Program-made: the position numbers and the translations under genes
Notes under the pieces: model-generated
The model's database searches: none
The model's input: only the letters and a program-made list of their open reading frames with translations
What the model was told of the DNA's origin: nothing
Origin: Candidatus Oxydemutator sp.
Lineage (GTDB): Bacteria; Pseudomonadota; Gammaproteobacteria; Poriferisulfidales; Oxydemutatoraceae
Assembly: GCA_965203445.1 (NCBI GenBank)
Contig: OZ241883.1
Coordinates: forward strand, 736,001 to 800,000
DNA: 64,000 nt
Direction of reading: 5' to 3'
Part shown: piece by piece, positions 1-10,048 of the stretch
How positions within the stretch are numbered: the first letter of the stretch is position 1
Layout: the number at the start of each line of letters is the position of its first letter

Positions 1-1855
1 CCTCGGCCGCGCGCCCGCGCAGCGCCTTGCGGATCGCGCGGTTCATGCGCCGCGCCACGTAGGCTTCGCTGCGCGCCTCAAGACGCTCGACGGCGCCGCG
101 GATGGCGTCGGCATCGCCGTCCTCGATCTCACGTTCCAGGCGCCGCTTCGCGTCGAGTATCGGCGCGCGTTCGGATTCGTCGAGCAACTCGTCGCCGTCT
201 TCGGCAAGCGCCGCGCTCAAGGCCTCGACCACCCTGAGGCCCTCGACCCGTCGCTGCCTGAGTTTGCGCCGTCGCAGGTCGTCTTCGGCGTGGGCCGCGG
301 AATCGAGGATCATGCGCTCGACCTCGGTCTCGGACAGACCGTAGGAGGGCTTGACCTCGACCTCGGTGGTCGCACCAGACTCCGGCTCCTCGGCCTCGAC
401 CGCCAGCAGGCCGTCGGCGTCGACGCGGAACGTGACCCGCACCTTGACCGCGCCCGCCTTGCGCGGCGGCAGCCCCTTCAACTCGAAGCGCGCGAGCGAG
501 CGGCAATCGTCGGCCAGTCCGCGCTCGCCCTGCACGACGTGCAGCGACAAGCCGGTCTGCCCGTCCTTGCAGGTCGTGAACTCCTGCGCCTTTGCGGTCG
601 GTATCACGCTGTTGCGCGGGATGATCTTCTCGACCAGTCCGCCCATCATCTCGAGGCCGAGCGACAGCGGCACCACGTCGAGCAACAGCACGTCGGCGGC
701 CGCGGCCGCGCGGTTGCCGGCGAGCACGTCGGCCTGGACGGCGGCGCCCAAAGCCACGACCTCGTCGGGATCAACGTCGGCCAGCGGTTCGCGCCCGAAA
801 AACTCGCGCACGCGCGAGCGCACCAGCGGCACGCGCGTCGAACCGCCGACGAGAACGACGTTTTGCACCTGCTCCACGCGCACGCCGGCGTCGTGCAATA
901 CGCGGCGGCACACGGTCATCGCGCGCTCGACCAGCGGCGCCGCCAGTTGCTCGAAGGACGCGCGCGAAAGGCGCGCGCGAAAGGCGCCGCCGTCCGGCGG
1001 CGACAACGCGCACTCGACCGAGGCGCGCTCGCTGAGCGCCTCTTTCGCGCGCCGCGCCTCGCGCATAAGATAACGCAACGAACGCGGCGTGCGCGCGAAC
1101 GACGCCGGCGCCCGCCGCGCCAAGTAGTCGGCCAGCGCGCGGTCGAAGTCGTCGCCGCCGAGAAAGCAGTCGCCGCCGGTCGCAAGCACGCGCAGCACGT
1201 CCTTATCCAACCGCAGAATCGAGACGTCAAAGGTGCCGCCGCCGAGATCAAAGACCGCGATCAGTTCGTCGTCGCCGCGGTCGAGACCGTAGGCGACCGC
1301 GGCCGCGGTCGGCTCGTTGATCAGGCGATAGACCTCGATGCCGGCGAGGCGCGCGGCGTCGCGCACGGCCTGGCGCCCGGCGTCGTCGAAATAGGCGGGC
1401 ACCGTGACCACGGCGCCGTCGAGCGGCTGCTCCAGCACGCGCTCGGCGCGACGCCTGAGCGCGCGCAGAATATCGGCGGCCACCTCGATCGCGCTTTTGA
1501 CGCCCGCGGCCGTTTGCAGTTTCGGCACCTTCGCATCATTGCGCTCGAAGCGATAGCCGAACCAGTCCGGCAGATCGGCCACGTCGGCGCCGCCGCGCCC
1601 CATCAGGCGTTTGATCGAGACTATCGTATCCGTCGGCCGCGACGAGGCGGCGGCGAGCGCCTCGTCGCCGACCAGCGGCGCGCCGGCGGCGCGGTAATGC
1701 ACCAGCGACGGCACCATGCCGAACAATACCGCGGGCACGCCGTCGCGCGGCGCGGCGACCAGCGAGTTGGTCGTGCCGAAGTCTATGCCGACCGCGCAGC
1801 GCGGCCGGCGCGCCGACGGCGCGCCGCCCGGCTCGGTAATCTGCACCAGGGCCAT
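1..1855 (-). CDS. hscA: Fe-S chaperone HscA (Hsp70 family); stop codon lies just beyond the window start
   Basis: Translated by hand because it is absent from the ORF track: ATG at 1855 gives [10 protein letters not shown], then [24 protein letters not shown] and LVGGSTRVP Hsp70 motifs; directly follows hscB. Confidence 0.95.
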   Translation of the reverse strand, partial: MALVQITEPGGAPSARRPRCAVGIDFGTTNSLVAAPRDGVPAVLFGMVPSLVHYRAAGAPLVGDEALAAASSRPTDTIVSIKRLMGRGGADVADLPDWFGYRFERNDAKVPKLQTAAGVKSAIEVAADILRALRRRAERVLEQPLDGAVVTVPAYFDDAGRQAVRDAARLAGIEVYRLINEPTAAAVAYGLDRGDDELIAVFDLGGGTFDVSILRLDKDVLRVLATGGDCFLGGDDFDRALADYLARRAPASFARTPRSLRYLMREARRAKEALSERASVECALSPPDGGAFRARLSRASFEQLAAPLVERAMTVCRRVLHDAGVRVEQVQNVVLVGGSTRVPLVRSRVREFFGREPLADVDPDEVVALGAAVQADVLAGNRAAAAADVLLLDVVPLSLGLEMMGGLVEKIIPRNSVIPTAKAQEFTTCKDGQTGLSLHVVQGERGLADDCRSLARFELKGLPPRKAGAVKVRVTFRVDADGLLAVEAEEPESGATTEVEVKPSYGLSETEVERMILDSAAHAEDDLRRRKLRQRRVEGLRVVEALSAALAEDGDELLDESERAPILDAKRRLEREIEDGDADAIRGAVERLEARSEAYVARRMNRAIRKALRGRAAE

Positions 1856-1857
1856 GC

Positions 1858-2391
1858 TCAGCCTCCCGCCTCAAGGCGCCCGATCACGGCGTTGATCTCG
1901 CCGTCCAGCTTTGCGATGAATTTCATTTTCAGCAGCCACTCGCGCGCCGCCTCCACGTCGTCGTCGCGCCACGCGCGCTCGAAACCTTCGCGCGTCTCGG
2001 CGGCGCCCGTCGCCGCGTCCGCCGCCAAGCGCCGCGCGCCCGCGGCATCGGCGCGTTCGGCGGCGTCGTGCAGGCGTTCGCGCAATTCCATCTGTCCGGC
2101 GAGAAACGCGGCGTCCCGGGTGGTGTCGCGCTCCTCGTCCAACGCGACGCGGCGCAACCGCAGCAGATAAGCGGCGCGCGCGCAGTCGTCCATCAACGTG
2201 CCGTAGGCCTCGTTGACCAACGCCGAGTGGCGCAGCGCGACGCGCCGTTGCCCCTCGCCCGCGGCCGCGTGGCGGTCGGGGTGCAACAGCGCCTGCAACT
2301 TGCGGTATTTCTTCTCGAGCGCGGCCTTGTCCACCGGGAAGGCGGGCGCGAGATCGAACAACTCGAAGTAATCCGGTGCGTCTTGCGGCAC
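1858..2391 (-). CDS. hscB: Fe-S co-chaperone HscB
   Basis: DYFELF start, J-domain HPD motif, FLAGQMELRE; isc operon position. Confidence 0.93.
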   Translation of the reverse strand: MPQDAPDYFELFDLAPAFPVDKAALEKKYRKLQALLHPDRHAAAGEGQRRVALRHSALVNEAYGTLMDDCARAAYLLRLRRVALDEERDTTRDAAFLAGQMELRERLHDAAERADAAGARRLAADAATGAAETREGFERAWRDDDVEAAREWLLKMKFIAKLDGEINAVIGRLEAGG

Positions 2392-2443
2392 GTTTTCGGC
2401 ACCCGGCGCGGGAGCGGGACGCGAGACCGCGGAGGCGGGCGCG

Positions 2444-2767
2444 TCAGACGGAGAAGCTTTCGCCGCAACCGCAGCGGTCTTTCTCGTTGGGGTTGTTGAA
2501 GCGGAAACCTTCGTTCAGCCCTTCTTTGCCGAAGTCCAGCTCGGTGCCGTCGAGATAGACGAGGCTTGCGGCGTTCACCAGCACCTTGACGCCGCCGGCG
2601 TCAAACACGCTGTCGTCCACGCCGACCTCGTCGGCGTATTCGACGGTGTAGGCCAAGCCGGAGCAGCCCGTCGTCTTGACGCCGAGACGCACGCCGATAC
2701 CCTTGCCGCGCCGCGCAAGATAGCGTTTGACGCGGCCCGCGGCCACGGGCGTCATCGTGATCGGCAT
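2444..2767 (-). CDS. iscA: Fe-S assembly A-type carrier IscA
   Basis: ATG at 2767 (MPITMT); GVKTTGCSG and CGCGESF motifs; 107 aa. Confidence 0.95.
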   Translation of the reverse strand: MPITMTPVAAGRVKRYLARRGKGIGVRLGVKTTGCSGLAYTVEYADEVGVDDSVFDAGGVKVLVNAASLVYLDGTELDFGKEGLNEGFRFNNPNEKDRCGCGESFSV

Positions 2768-2772
2768 CGGCT

Positions 2773-3162
2773 TCAGTCGCCCGCCGCCTGCTTGTCGTGG
2801 TAATCCTTGATCGCGGCCTTGATCGCGTCCTCGGCCAGCACCGAGCAGTGGATCTTGACCGGCGGCAGCGACAGCTCCTCGACGATCTCGACGTTCTTGA
2901 TCCTGCTCGCCTCGGCCAGCGTCTTGCCGCGCACCCACTCGGTCAGCAGGCTCGACGAGGCGATGGCCGAACCGCAGCCGTAGGTCTTGAACTTGGCGTC
3001 CTCGATGACGCCGTCGCCGTCGACCTTGATCTGCAACTTCATCACGTCGCCGCAGGCCGGCGCACCGACCATGCCGGTGCCGACGTTGGGATCGTCCTTG
3101 TCGAGCGATCCGACGTTGCGCGGATTCTCATAGTGATCCAGCACTTTTTTTCCGTATGACAT
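2773..3162 (-). CDS. iscU: Fe-S scaffold IscU
   Basis: [32 protein letters not shown]. Confidence 0.98.
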   Translation of the reverse strand: MSYGKKVLDHYENPRNVGSLDKDDPNVGTGMVGAPACGDVMKLQIKVDGDGVIEDAKFKTYGCGSAIASSSLLTEWVRGKTLAEASRIKNVEIVEELSLPPVKIHCSVLAEDAIKAAIKDYHDKQAAGD

Positions 3163-3196
3163 TGTTCAGTCCTCCATCGTTGTCGTAAGGGGCGCG

Positions 3197-4423
3197 TCAA
3201 TGCGCGACCCATTCCACTTTTTCCAGATCCACCCCGTCCTGGTACATCTCCCACAAAGGCGACAGTTCGCGCAGCCTTGTGACCGACTTGCACACCAGGT
3301 CGGTCGTGTAATCCACCTCGGCCGCGGTCGTATAGCGGCCGATGGAGAAGCGGATCGAACTGTGCGCCAGCTCATCGTTGCGCCCGAGCGCGCGCAACAC
3401 GTAGCTCGGCTCCAGCGAAGCCGAGGTGCAGGCCGAACCGCTCGAAACCGCGACGTTCTTGAGCGACATGATCAGCGACTCGCCCTCGACGAAGTTGAAA
3501 CTGACGTTGAGGTTGCCCGCGACGCGCCGCTCGAGGTCGCCGTTGCAATAGACCTCGTCCAGGCCCTTGAGGCCGTTCCACAGGCGCTCCCTGAGCGACA
3601 AAATGCGCTCGTTCTCGCTCGCCATCTCGGCCGCGGCCACGGCGAACGCCTTGCCCATGCCGACGATCTGGTGCGTCGCCAGCGTGCCCGAACGCATGCC
3701 GCGCTCATGCCCGCCGCCGTGCATCTGGGCCTCGACGCGCACGCGCGGCTTGCGCCGCACGTAGAGCGCGCCGATGCCCTTCGGCCCGTAGATCTTGTGC
3801 GCCGAGAAACTCATCAGGTCCACCGGCAGTTCGCGCAGGTTGATCGGCACCTTGCCGGCGCTTTGCGCCGCGTCCACGTGGAACACGACGCCTTGCTCGC
3901 GCGCGATCGCGCCGATGGCCGCGATGTCCTGGATCACGCCGATCTCGTTGTTGACGTGCATCACCGACAACACCGAGGTGTCGTCGCGCAGAGCCGCGGC
4001 CAGCGCGTCCAGGTCGAGCAGGCCGTCGTCGCGCGGCTCTATGTACGTGACCTCGAAGCCCTCCTTCTCGAGCTGGCGGCAGGTGTCGAGCACCGCCTTG
4101 TGCTCGGTCTTGACGGTGACGACGTGCTTGCCGCGCTTTTTGTAGAAATGCGCCGCACCCTTGATCGCCAGATTGTCCGATTCGGTGGCGCCGCTGGTCC
4201 AGACGATCTCGCGTGGATCGGCGCCGACCAGCGCCGCCACCCGCGCGCGCGCCTCGTCCACCTTCTTCTCGCTTTCCCAACCGAAGGCGTGGCTGCGCGA
4301 CGCCGGGTTGCCGAAGACGCCGTCTCGCTTCATGCAGCGCATCATCTCTTCGGTAACGCGCTCGTCCACCGGCGTGGTCGAGCTGTAATCAAGATAAATC
4401 GGCAGTTGCACTTTGCTGCTCAT
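3197..4423 (-). CDS. iscS: Cysteine desulfurase IscS
   Basis: [17 protein letters not shown] (PLP Lys), SSGSACTS (catalytic Cys). Confidence 0.98.
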   Translation of the reverse strand: MSSKVQLPIYLDYSSTTPVDERVTEEMMRCMKRDGVFGNPASRSHAFGWESEKKVDEARARVAALVGADPREIVWTSGATESDNLAIKGAAHFYKKRGKHVVTVKTEHKAVLDTCRQLEKEGFEVTYIEPRDDGLLDLDALAAALRDDTSVLSVMHVNNEIGVIQDIAAIGAIAREQGVVFHVDAAQSAGKVPINLRELPVDLMSFSAHKIYGPKGIGALYVRRKPRVRVEAQMHGGGHERGMRSGTLATHQIVGMGKAFAVAAAEMASENERILSLRERLWNGLKGLDEVYCNGDLERRVAGNLNVSFNFVEGESLIMSLKNVAVSSGSACTSASLEPSYVLRALGRNDELAHSSIRFSIGRYTTAAEVDYTTDLVCKSVTRLRELSPLWEMYQDGVDLEKVEWVAH

Positions 4424-4968
4424 GGTTCCTCCCGCGCGCTGGTATGCACGGCGGGCGCGCGCCTCGTCACCGTCGCCACCGCGCCGCGACCCGGCGCGCT
4501 CTTGACGTCCCTGCCGCTCCTGGCCCGCGCGTCCTGGCGCTCGGCGACCGCGAGCACCTGCTCGTCGGACACAACGTCCAGCAGGCGCACGTCAGACAAC
4601 ACGTCCTGGATGCGGCGGCTCAGGTCGCTCCACAACACGTGCGTCAGGCACTTGTGGTTGTCCTGGCAGTTGACCCGCCCCCGACAACGGGTGTTGTCCA
4701 CTTTCTCGTCCACGGCCTCGATCATGTCGGCGATGGAAATATCGCGCGCGCTGCGCGCCAAGCGGTAGCCGCCGCCCGGGCCGCGACTGCTCTCGACCAG
4801 CCCGTAACGACGCAGACCGACAAACAACCGCCCAAGATAGGCGACTGGTATGCTCTGCCGTTCGGCAATGTCGCCGAGCGCCACCGGACGCCCGCCGTTT
4901 TCATGCTCGTGCAGCGCCAAGTCGGTCATCGCCGTGACCGCGTAGCGTCCTTTGGTCGTCATGCGCAT
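4420..4968 (-). CDS. iscR: Fe-S cluster transcriptional regulator IscR (Rrf2 family)
   Basis: [19 protein letters not shown]-x5-C-x5-C-LTH ligands; first gene of the isc operon. Confidence 0.95.
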   Translation of the reverse strand: MRMTTKGRYAVTAMTDLALHEHENGGRPVALGDIAERQSIPVAYLGRLFVGLRRYGLVESSRGPGGGYRLARSARDISIADMIEAVDEKVDNTRCRGRVNCQDNHKCLTHVLWSDLSRRIQDVLSDVRLLDVVSDEQVLAVAERQDARARSGRDVKSAPGRGAVATVTRRAPAVHTSAREEP

Positions 4969-4995
4969 AATTTCTCTCCCGCGTCCACGCCATGC

Positions 4996-5028
4996 AACTT
5001 ATTATACCTGACTATTTTAGTCAAGTAT
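4996..5028 (-). promoter_or_regulatory. iscR promoter overlapped by a type-1 IscR operator
   Basis: ATACCTGACTATTTTAGTCAAGTAT (5004-5028) matches ATASYYGACTRWWWYAGTCRRSTAT at all 25 positions; minus-strand TTGACT (5024-5019)-N17-TAAGTT (5001-4996). Confidence 0.9.
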
Positions 5029-5159
5029 CAGGGGTGCCGAAGATCTCGAAGCAACACGGCACAACGGCGCGCCACGGAGCAGCGGCAAAATCAGTTATAA
5101 TCGCCGCGTCTATTGCTTGCTGAGCTTGCCGGCATGGACGCCGACGGAAAAAACAACCG

Positions 5160-6992
5160 ATGCCCCGATACCCCCTGCCCCATATCGGCGGTTGGCGAAC
5201 GGCCAACCTGCTTGGCGCCACGCTGCTGTTCGCAGGTGCGCCGGCGGGCGCGCAGGACTTGTCGCGCAACGGCATCTACGCCGGATTCGAGCTCGGGACG
5301 GTGATTCCGGGAGAATGGGACACCGGCGGCATGGACAACGACGTCCGCACCGCATGCGACGATCATCTGTTCGGCGGCGCCCGGCTCAGGACCACGGGTT
5401 GCGGCAGCGGCGACTCGTGGACTAACGAAATCGAGTTCGACACCGGCGTCCTGGGCGGACTTCAGTTGGGATGGTTTCATGACCGCTTCCGGTTCGAGCT
5501 GGAGTACGCCTACTCGCACCTGGGCGGCGACCGCGGCGGCATCAATGAGGCGATTGCGGGCAAGGAAAACGAATTTCAATACATCAATGAAAAGTTTGAG
5601 AACGTCAGCAACCACGACCTGTTCCTGAACGCGTACGTGGACTTCCCGGCGCGCCCCGGAATAACGACGTACCTGGGCTTCGGCGTCGGCTGGCGCCAGA
5701 TGGAGCTGGACTACACCGGCACCTATCTGAGAAACACCTACGACTTCTTCGTGGATCCGGCGAACAACTCGAATCCCGCGAACATGCTGGATGACAGGCG
5801 CGAGGCGGCCGGCACGATCACGCGCATCGAGAAAGAACTGGACGACGACCTGTTCGGATACCAGTTCATCGTCGGCGCCGACTACGCGCTTGACGAACGC
5901 CTGACGTTGGGGGCGAAACTGCGTTATACCCGCTTCGAGGACTTCGACGGCGGCGGCCACGAATACGACTACCTGAGAAGCCACGAATCGAACACCTCGC
6001 CGGGGGCCGGGCAGCCGGGCCGCGACCCGGGCTATCCGGCGGAGCTTGACCGCACGGTGCAGAACAAAATCAAAATTGACGACGTCGACAACTGGGCCGT
6101 CAGCCTGAACCTGAAGTACGCGTTCGGCGGCGCCGCCCATTCGCGGGCGGCACCGCGCGCCGCGAGCGCGGGCGACGAGCGCAGCGGCGTGTACGTGGGC
6201 TTGGACCTCGGCATGGTGTTCCCCGAAGACTTCGACACCGAGGAGAGCGACAACGACGTCGCGACGCGGTGCGACACCTACTTCACGTTCACGAACGGCG
6301 ACCCACGCACCGACTGCGGCAGCGGCGACGACTGGAGCGTCGGTTTCGATCCCGACACCGGCATCCTCGGCGGCGTCCACGTAGGCTGGCTGCACGGCGA
6401 CTGGCGCACCGAGATCGAATACTTCTATCAGGCCGTCGGCGGCGAGAACAATCCGATCCCCATCGACAGATTGCCGGCCGACAAAGACCAGGAAATTCTT
6501 CTGGCCAACGAGAGCGTGGACAACGTCACCGGCCACAACCTGTTTGCGAACGTGTACTACGACTTCGTCAACGCCTCGCGGTTCACCCCGTACATCGGCG
6601 CCGGCGTAGGTTGGCAGAGGATGGAGTTCGACCACGACGTCGCCTTCGTCAGAAACACCCGGGCGGTGCTCGAGGTGACCGCGCCGAGCCGAAAAGAAGC
6701 CGCCGGCACGATCACGCGCGTCGAGCAAACGCTGGACGACGACATGTTCGGTTATCAACTGATCGCCGGCGCGGATTACGCGCTGAGCGAGCGCTTCGCG
6801 GTAGGCGCGAAGCTGCGCTACACGCGCTTCGACGAATTCGACGGCGGCAGCTACGCGTACGATGAGCTGAGAAGCCACCCCTCCAGAACCGGCCCGCCGT
6901 CGGGCCCCAACGCCCGCCCGGTGCGCGTGACCTTCGAGACCGACGAAATCGAAACCTGGGGCGCGAGCCTGAACGTAAAATACCTGTTTTAG
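5160..6992 (+). CDS. Outer-membrane protein with two tandem OmpA/opacity-like beta-barrel domains
   Basis: Signal peptide ending AGA-Q; two homologous halves (GxYxGxxLG...FxNxYxDF...YxGxGVGW...GYQxIxGADY...SLNxKYxF); terminal YLF. Confidence 0.75.
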   Translation: MPRYPLPHIGGWRTANLLGATLLFAGAPAGAQDLSRNGIYAGFELGTVIPGEWDTGGMDNDVRTACDDHLFGGARLRTTGCGSGDSWTNEIEFDTGVLGGLQLGWFHDRFRFELEYAYSHLGGDRGGINEAIAGKENEFQYINEKFENVSNHDLFLNAYVDFPARPGITTYLGFGVGWRQMELDYTGTYLRNTYDFFVDPANNSNPANMLDDRREAAGTITRIEKELDDDLFGYQFIVGADYALDERLTLGAKLRYTRFEDFDGGGHEYDYLRSHESNTSPGAGQPGRDPGYPAELDRTVQNKIKIDDVDNWAVSLNLKYAFGGAAHSRAAPRAASAGDERSGVYVGLDLGMVFPEDFDTEESDNDVATRCDTYFTFTNGDPRTDCGSGDDWSVGFDPDTGILGGVHVGWLHGDWRTEIEYFYQAVGGENNPIPIDRLPADKDQEILLANESVDNVTGHNLFANVYYDFVNASRFTPYIGAGVGWQRMEFDHDVAFVRNTRAVLEVTAPSRKEAAGTITRVEQTLDDDMFGYQLIAGADYALSERFAVGAKLRYTRFDEFDGGSYAYDELRSHPSRTGPPSGPNARPVRVTFETDEIETWGASLNVKYLF

Positions 6993-7029
6993 GCCGCGCC
7001 GCGGCCATCGTCATCGCGGCGATCCAACG

Positions 7030-8043
7030 ATGACCAAAGCCGCCGTCGTCATCCCGGTCATGAACCGCGCCGCAATGATTTGCCGCGTGCTCGACTGCGT
7101 CGCCGCCCAGACCCTCGCGCCGCACCGCCTGATCGTGGTCGACGACGCCTCGGACGACGGCACGCCGGAACGGGTGCGCGGCTGGCGCGACGACAACAAA
7201 CCCGCTTTCGAGACGCGGCTGCTGGTGCACGCAACCAACCGCGGCGCGCCGGCGGCGCGCAACCACGGCCTGGCCGAGGCGCGCGACTGCGAATTCATCC
7301 ACTTTCTCGACTCCGACGACTTCCCGCCGCCGGACTTTCTCGAAAAAACCCGGGCCGCCCTCGAGGCGTCGCCGCACGCGGTCGCGGCGACGACCGACCG
7401 CCTGATGTGCTACGACCTGGCCACGCCGCAAGGCCCCAGGCGGGCGCGGGAATTCATAGACCAGCGCGCCCTCGCCGACGACCCGTGGCGGTGGTTTTTC
7501 GTCGAAGGCGCCGGCATCGCGTCGTGTACGCTGCTGCGCGCGCGCCGCGTGCGCGAACTCGGCGGCTTCAACGAGACGCTGCCGACCGGCCACGACAGCG
7601 AACTGTTCACGCGCCTGGCCGGCCTCGGCGCGTGGCTGCACGTAGCGGACTGCACCGTGACGTTCACCTCGGGCGACGCCGACCAGCGCCTCTACCGCGG
7701 CCACGACGATTACCTGCTCCAGTGGGCGCGCATCCGCGAGGACTGCCTCGAGCACTTCGGCGCGCGCGCGCACGTGCCGGAACGGCTGCGCCGCCGCGTG
7801 CTCGGGCGCTCGTGGTGCCTGGCCGGGATGCAGATGATCGCGCGCGAGCGCTTCGGCGACGCGCGCGACTGCCTCAAAAAATCGCTGGCGCGACACCCGT
7901 CGCCGCGCAACCACGCGTGGGCGCTGCTGACGCTGCTGCCCCTGCTGCGGCCGGCGATGCCGCTTTTGAGGGGCACCCGTCTGATGGAGAATTTTTCGGA
8001 TCATTTCAGCCACAAAAAAAGACAACTGTTGCGACGACCATGA
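7030..8043 (+). CDS. GT2 family glycosyltransferase
   Basis: VVIPVMNR, VVDDASDD, GAPAARNHG, FLDSDD, GGFNE motifs. Confidence 0.88.
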   Translation: MTKAAVVIPVMNRAAMICRVLDCVAAQTLAPHRLIVVDDASDDGTPERVRGWRDDNKPAFETRLLVHATNRGAPAARNHGLAEARDCEFIHFLDSDDFPPPDFLEKTRAALEASPHAVAATTDRLMCYDLATPQGPRRAREFIDQRALADDPWRWFFVEGAGIASCTLLRARRVRELGGFNETLPTGHDSELFTRLAGLGAWLHVADCTVTFTSGDADQRLYRGHDDYLLQWARIREDCLEHFGARAHVPERLRRRVLGRSWCLAGMQMIARERFGDARDCLKKSLARHPSPRNHAWALLTLLPLLRPAMPLLRGTRLMENFSDHFSHKKRQLLRRP

Positions 8044-8495
8044 AAAACAAACCACGTGCAATCCCGGCGCGCCGCGTGATACAACGCACGGTGAACCACC
8101 ACGTCGGCAACCAGATCAAACGCGTGCGACGGCACTACGGCAAACCGCTGGACGTCTTCGGCCACGTGCTGGGCGTCAGCGCGCAGCAGATCGCGCGCCT
8201 CGAGCACGGCAAAAACCGCATCAGCGCGGCGCAGCTCTACCTGATCGCGCGTTCGACGAACACGCCGATCCAATGGTTTTTCGCGGGCATGCAAAGACGC
8301 GAATTGCAGCGCCACGTCCCGGTCGTCGTCGCCACGGACAAGGTGAGCGAACCACGCGTCGCCTCCGATCTTTATCAGGAGAGCGTGCGCATGGAGGATC
8401 TGGCGTGGTCGTTCAGGAGCATCAAGTCCGCGGTCGTCAAAAACCTGTTCACGGAACTGGCGCACCAGATCGCCTGCGAGTACGACCGCGGCTGA
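8040..8495 (+). CDS. XRE-family helix-turn-helix regulator
   Basis: ATG at 8040 overlaps the GT2 stop (ATGA); HVGNQIKRVR...LGVSAQQIARLEHGKNRISAAQL...WFF. Confidence 0.8.
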   Translation: MKNKPRAIPARRVIQRTVNHHVGNQIKRVRRHYGKPLDVFGHVLGVSAQQIARLEHGKNRISAAQLYLIARSTNTPIQWFFAGMQRRELQRHVPVVVATDKVSEPRVASDLYQESVRMEDLAWSFRSIKSAVVKNLFTELAHQIACEYDRG

Positions 8496-8511
8496 GGCCG
8501 CCGACCCCGCG

Positions 8512-9291
8512 ATGTCACCGTACCTGAACGTCGCCGAGCAAGCGGCATTGGCCGCGGGCCGGATCATCATGCGCCGCGCCACGCGCCCGCACGAGATCAA
8601 GGTTCGCGCCAAGGGCCGCAACGACCCGGTCAGCGACGTGGACCTCGCATGTGAACGCGAGATCGTCGGCCACGTGCGCCGCGCCTTCCCCGACCACGCC
8701 GTCGTCTGCGAGGAAGGCGGCACGCGGCGCGCCGACGGCGAATGGCAATGGCTGGTCGACCCCCTGGACGGCACCGCCAACTTCGTGCGCGGCTTCCCCC
8801 ACTACGCCGTCTCCATCGCGCTACTGCGGCGCGGCACGCCGGTCGTCGGCGTGATTTTCGACCCGTTCAAAAACGAGCTGTTCCTGGCCGAGCGCGGCAA
8901 GGGCGCCACGCTGAACCAGCACAAGATACGCGCGTCGGAGACGACGCTCCTGCCGGGCGCGCTGATCGGCACCGGCATCCCGTACCGTCCCGACCAGGAC
9001 CTGGAGGCCTATCTCGGGAGCCTGCGCACCATCGCGCGCGAGGCCAACGTCCGCCGCGCCGGAGCGGCCGCGCTGGACTTGGCCTACGTGGCCTGCGCGC
9101 GGCTCGACGGCTTTTGGGAATTCGGGCTGCGCCCGTGGGACATAGCCGCCGGCATCGTCATCGTACGCGAGGCGGGCGGCCTGATCGGCGAACCGACGGG
9201 CGACGGCGACTGTCTCGAATCCGGCGACGTCCTGGCCGCCAACCCGGCGCTTTTCAAGACGATGACGAACCTGTTCAAGCGCGGCGGCTGA
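8512..9291 (+). CDS. suhB: Inositol monophosphatase family protein SuhB
   Basis: WLVDPLDGTANF, RRAGAAALDLAYVA, WDIAAG. Confidence 0.9.
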   Translation: MSPYLNVAEQAALAAGRIIMRRATRPHEIKVRAKGRNDPVSDVDLACEREIVGHVRRAFPDHAVVCEEGGTRRADGEWQWLVDPLDGTANFVRGFPHYAVSIALLRRGTPVVGVIFDPFKNELFLAERGKGATLNQHKIRASETTLLPGALIGTGIPYRPDQDLEAYLGSLRTIAREANVRRAGAAALDLAYVACARLDGFWEFGLRPWDIAAGIVIVREAGGLIGEPTGDGDCLESGDVLAANPALFKTMTNLFKRGG

Positions 9292-9336
9292 CGTATAAGG
9301 CCAGAAACATTCTGGACAATATCTTAGCCGCAGAAA

Positions 9337-9371
9337 GGTAGCCGACGTGCAAATAAAGCACGTCGGCTACC
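9337..9371. terminator. Perfect 14-bp hairpin between convergent genes (terminator or REP-like)
   Basis: GGTAGCCGACGTGC-AAATAAA-GCACGTCGGCTACC; no clear U-tract. Confidence 0.5.
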
Positions 9372-9594
9372 GCGTCCCAGGGTTGCGTAAAATAGCTTCC
9401 TATGCAAACCGTATGGAGGCTCATGGCATCTCCCGCCCGTAGGCTCCGTGAAAATGCCGCATTGTGTCCGATTAGGACATCTGTGCTTTGGAGAAATAGG
9501 ACGTTACTGCTTTGGGCCAACACCCCGTTTTCCGGGCCGAGGGGCGCTTTTCGGCGGATCCGACGATTCGGGCGGCAGAGAGGATGGGCGGGGC

Positions 9595-9858
9595 TCAGGT
9601 CGGGGGAATGAACGTCAACATCAGGCCGACCCCGGCAAGAATAACGACAGTGGCGCTCAAAACGACGCGATATATCAATCCGGTCAGCTTGGTCTCAAGG
9701 CGGTGCAAATCGGTTTTGAGCGCAGCCTCCAATTTGACCAGATCGGCCTTGGTCGCTACTTCGTCTACTTGGGCAATCGAGTCCGCCGCGGCCCTCGCCT
9801 CGCCGTCGGTGACATCGGGAATGCGCCTGAGCAGTTGATAAAGGGCTATGATGCTCAT
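9595..9858 (-). CDS. Small coiled-coil membrane-anchored protein (DUF1640/CCDC90-like)
   Basis: Short head, VATKADL motif, heptad stalk, C-terminal hydrophobic helix; minus-strand TATAAT at 9876-9871. Confidence 0.6.
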   Translation of the reverse strand: MSIIALYQLLRRIPDVTDGEARAAADSIAQVDEVATKADLVKLEAALKTDLHRLETKLTGLIYRVVLSATVVILAGVGLMLTFIPPT

Positions 9859-10048
9859 GATCGGGGACGGATTATAACTTTCCTTCAACGGCGGCGCTCA
9901 GGCCCGCGCCAAGCGCTGGCGGCGCTGCTGCTGTCTACGGTTTGCCGAAGGCGGGCAACAAGGGGATACCGTGGGTCGGCGGCAAGCGGGCAGGGGGAGA
10001 GGCGTATGGCGCAAGGCACCGAGTCCAGTATAATTCCGCCTCCCGACC

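Noticed and set aside
290-4768. Long plus-strand ORFs (290-2170, 3200-4768) and similar antisense ORFs at 5091-6878, 15815-18085 and 19470-21170
   Set aside because: Antisense shadows of well-supported genes in high-GC DNA; Arg/Ala-rich with no motifs
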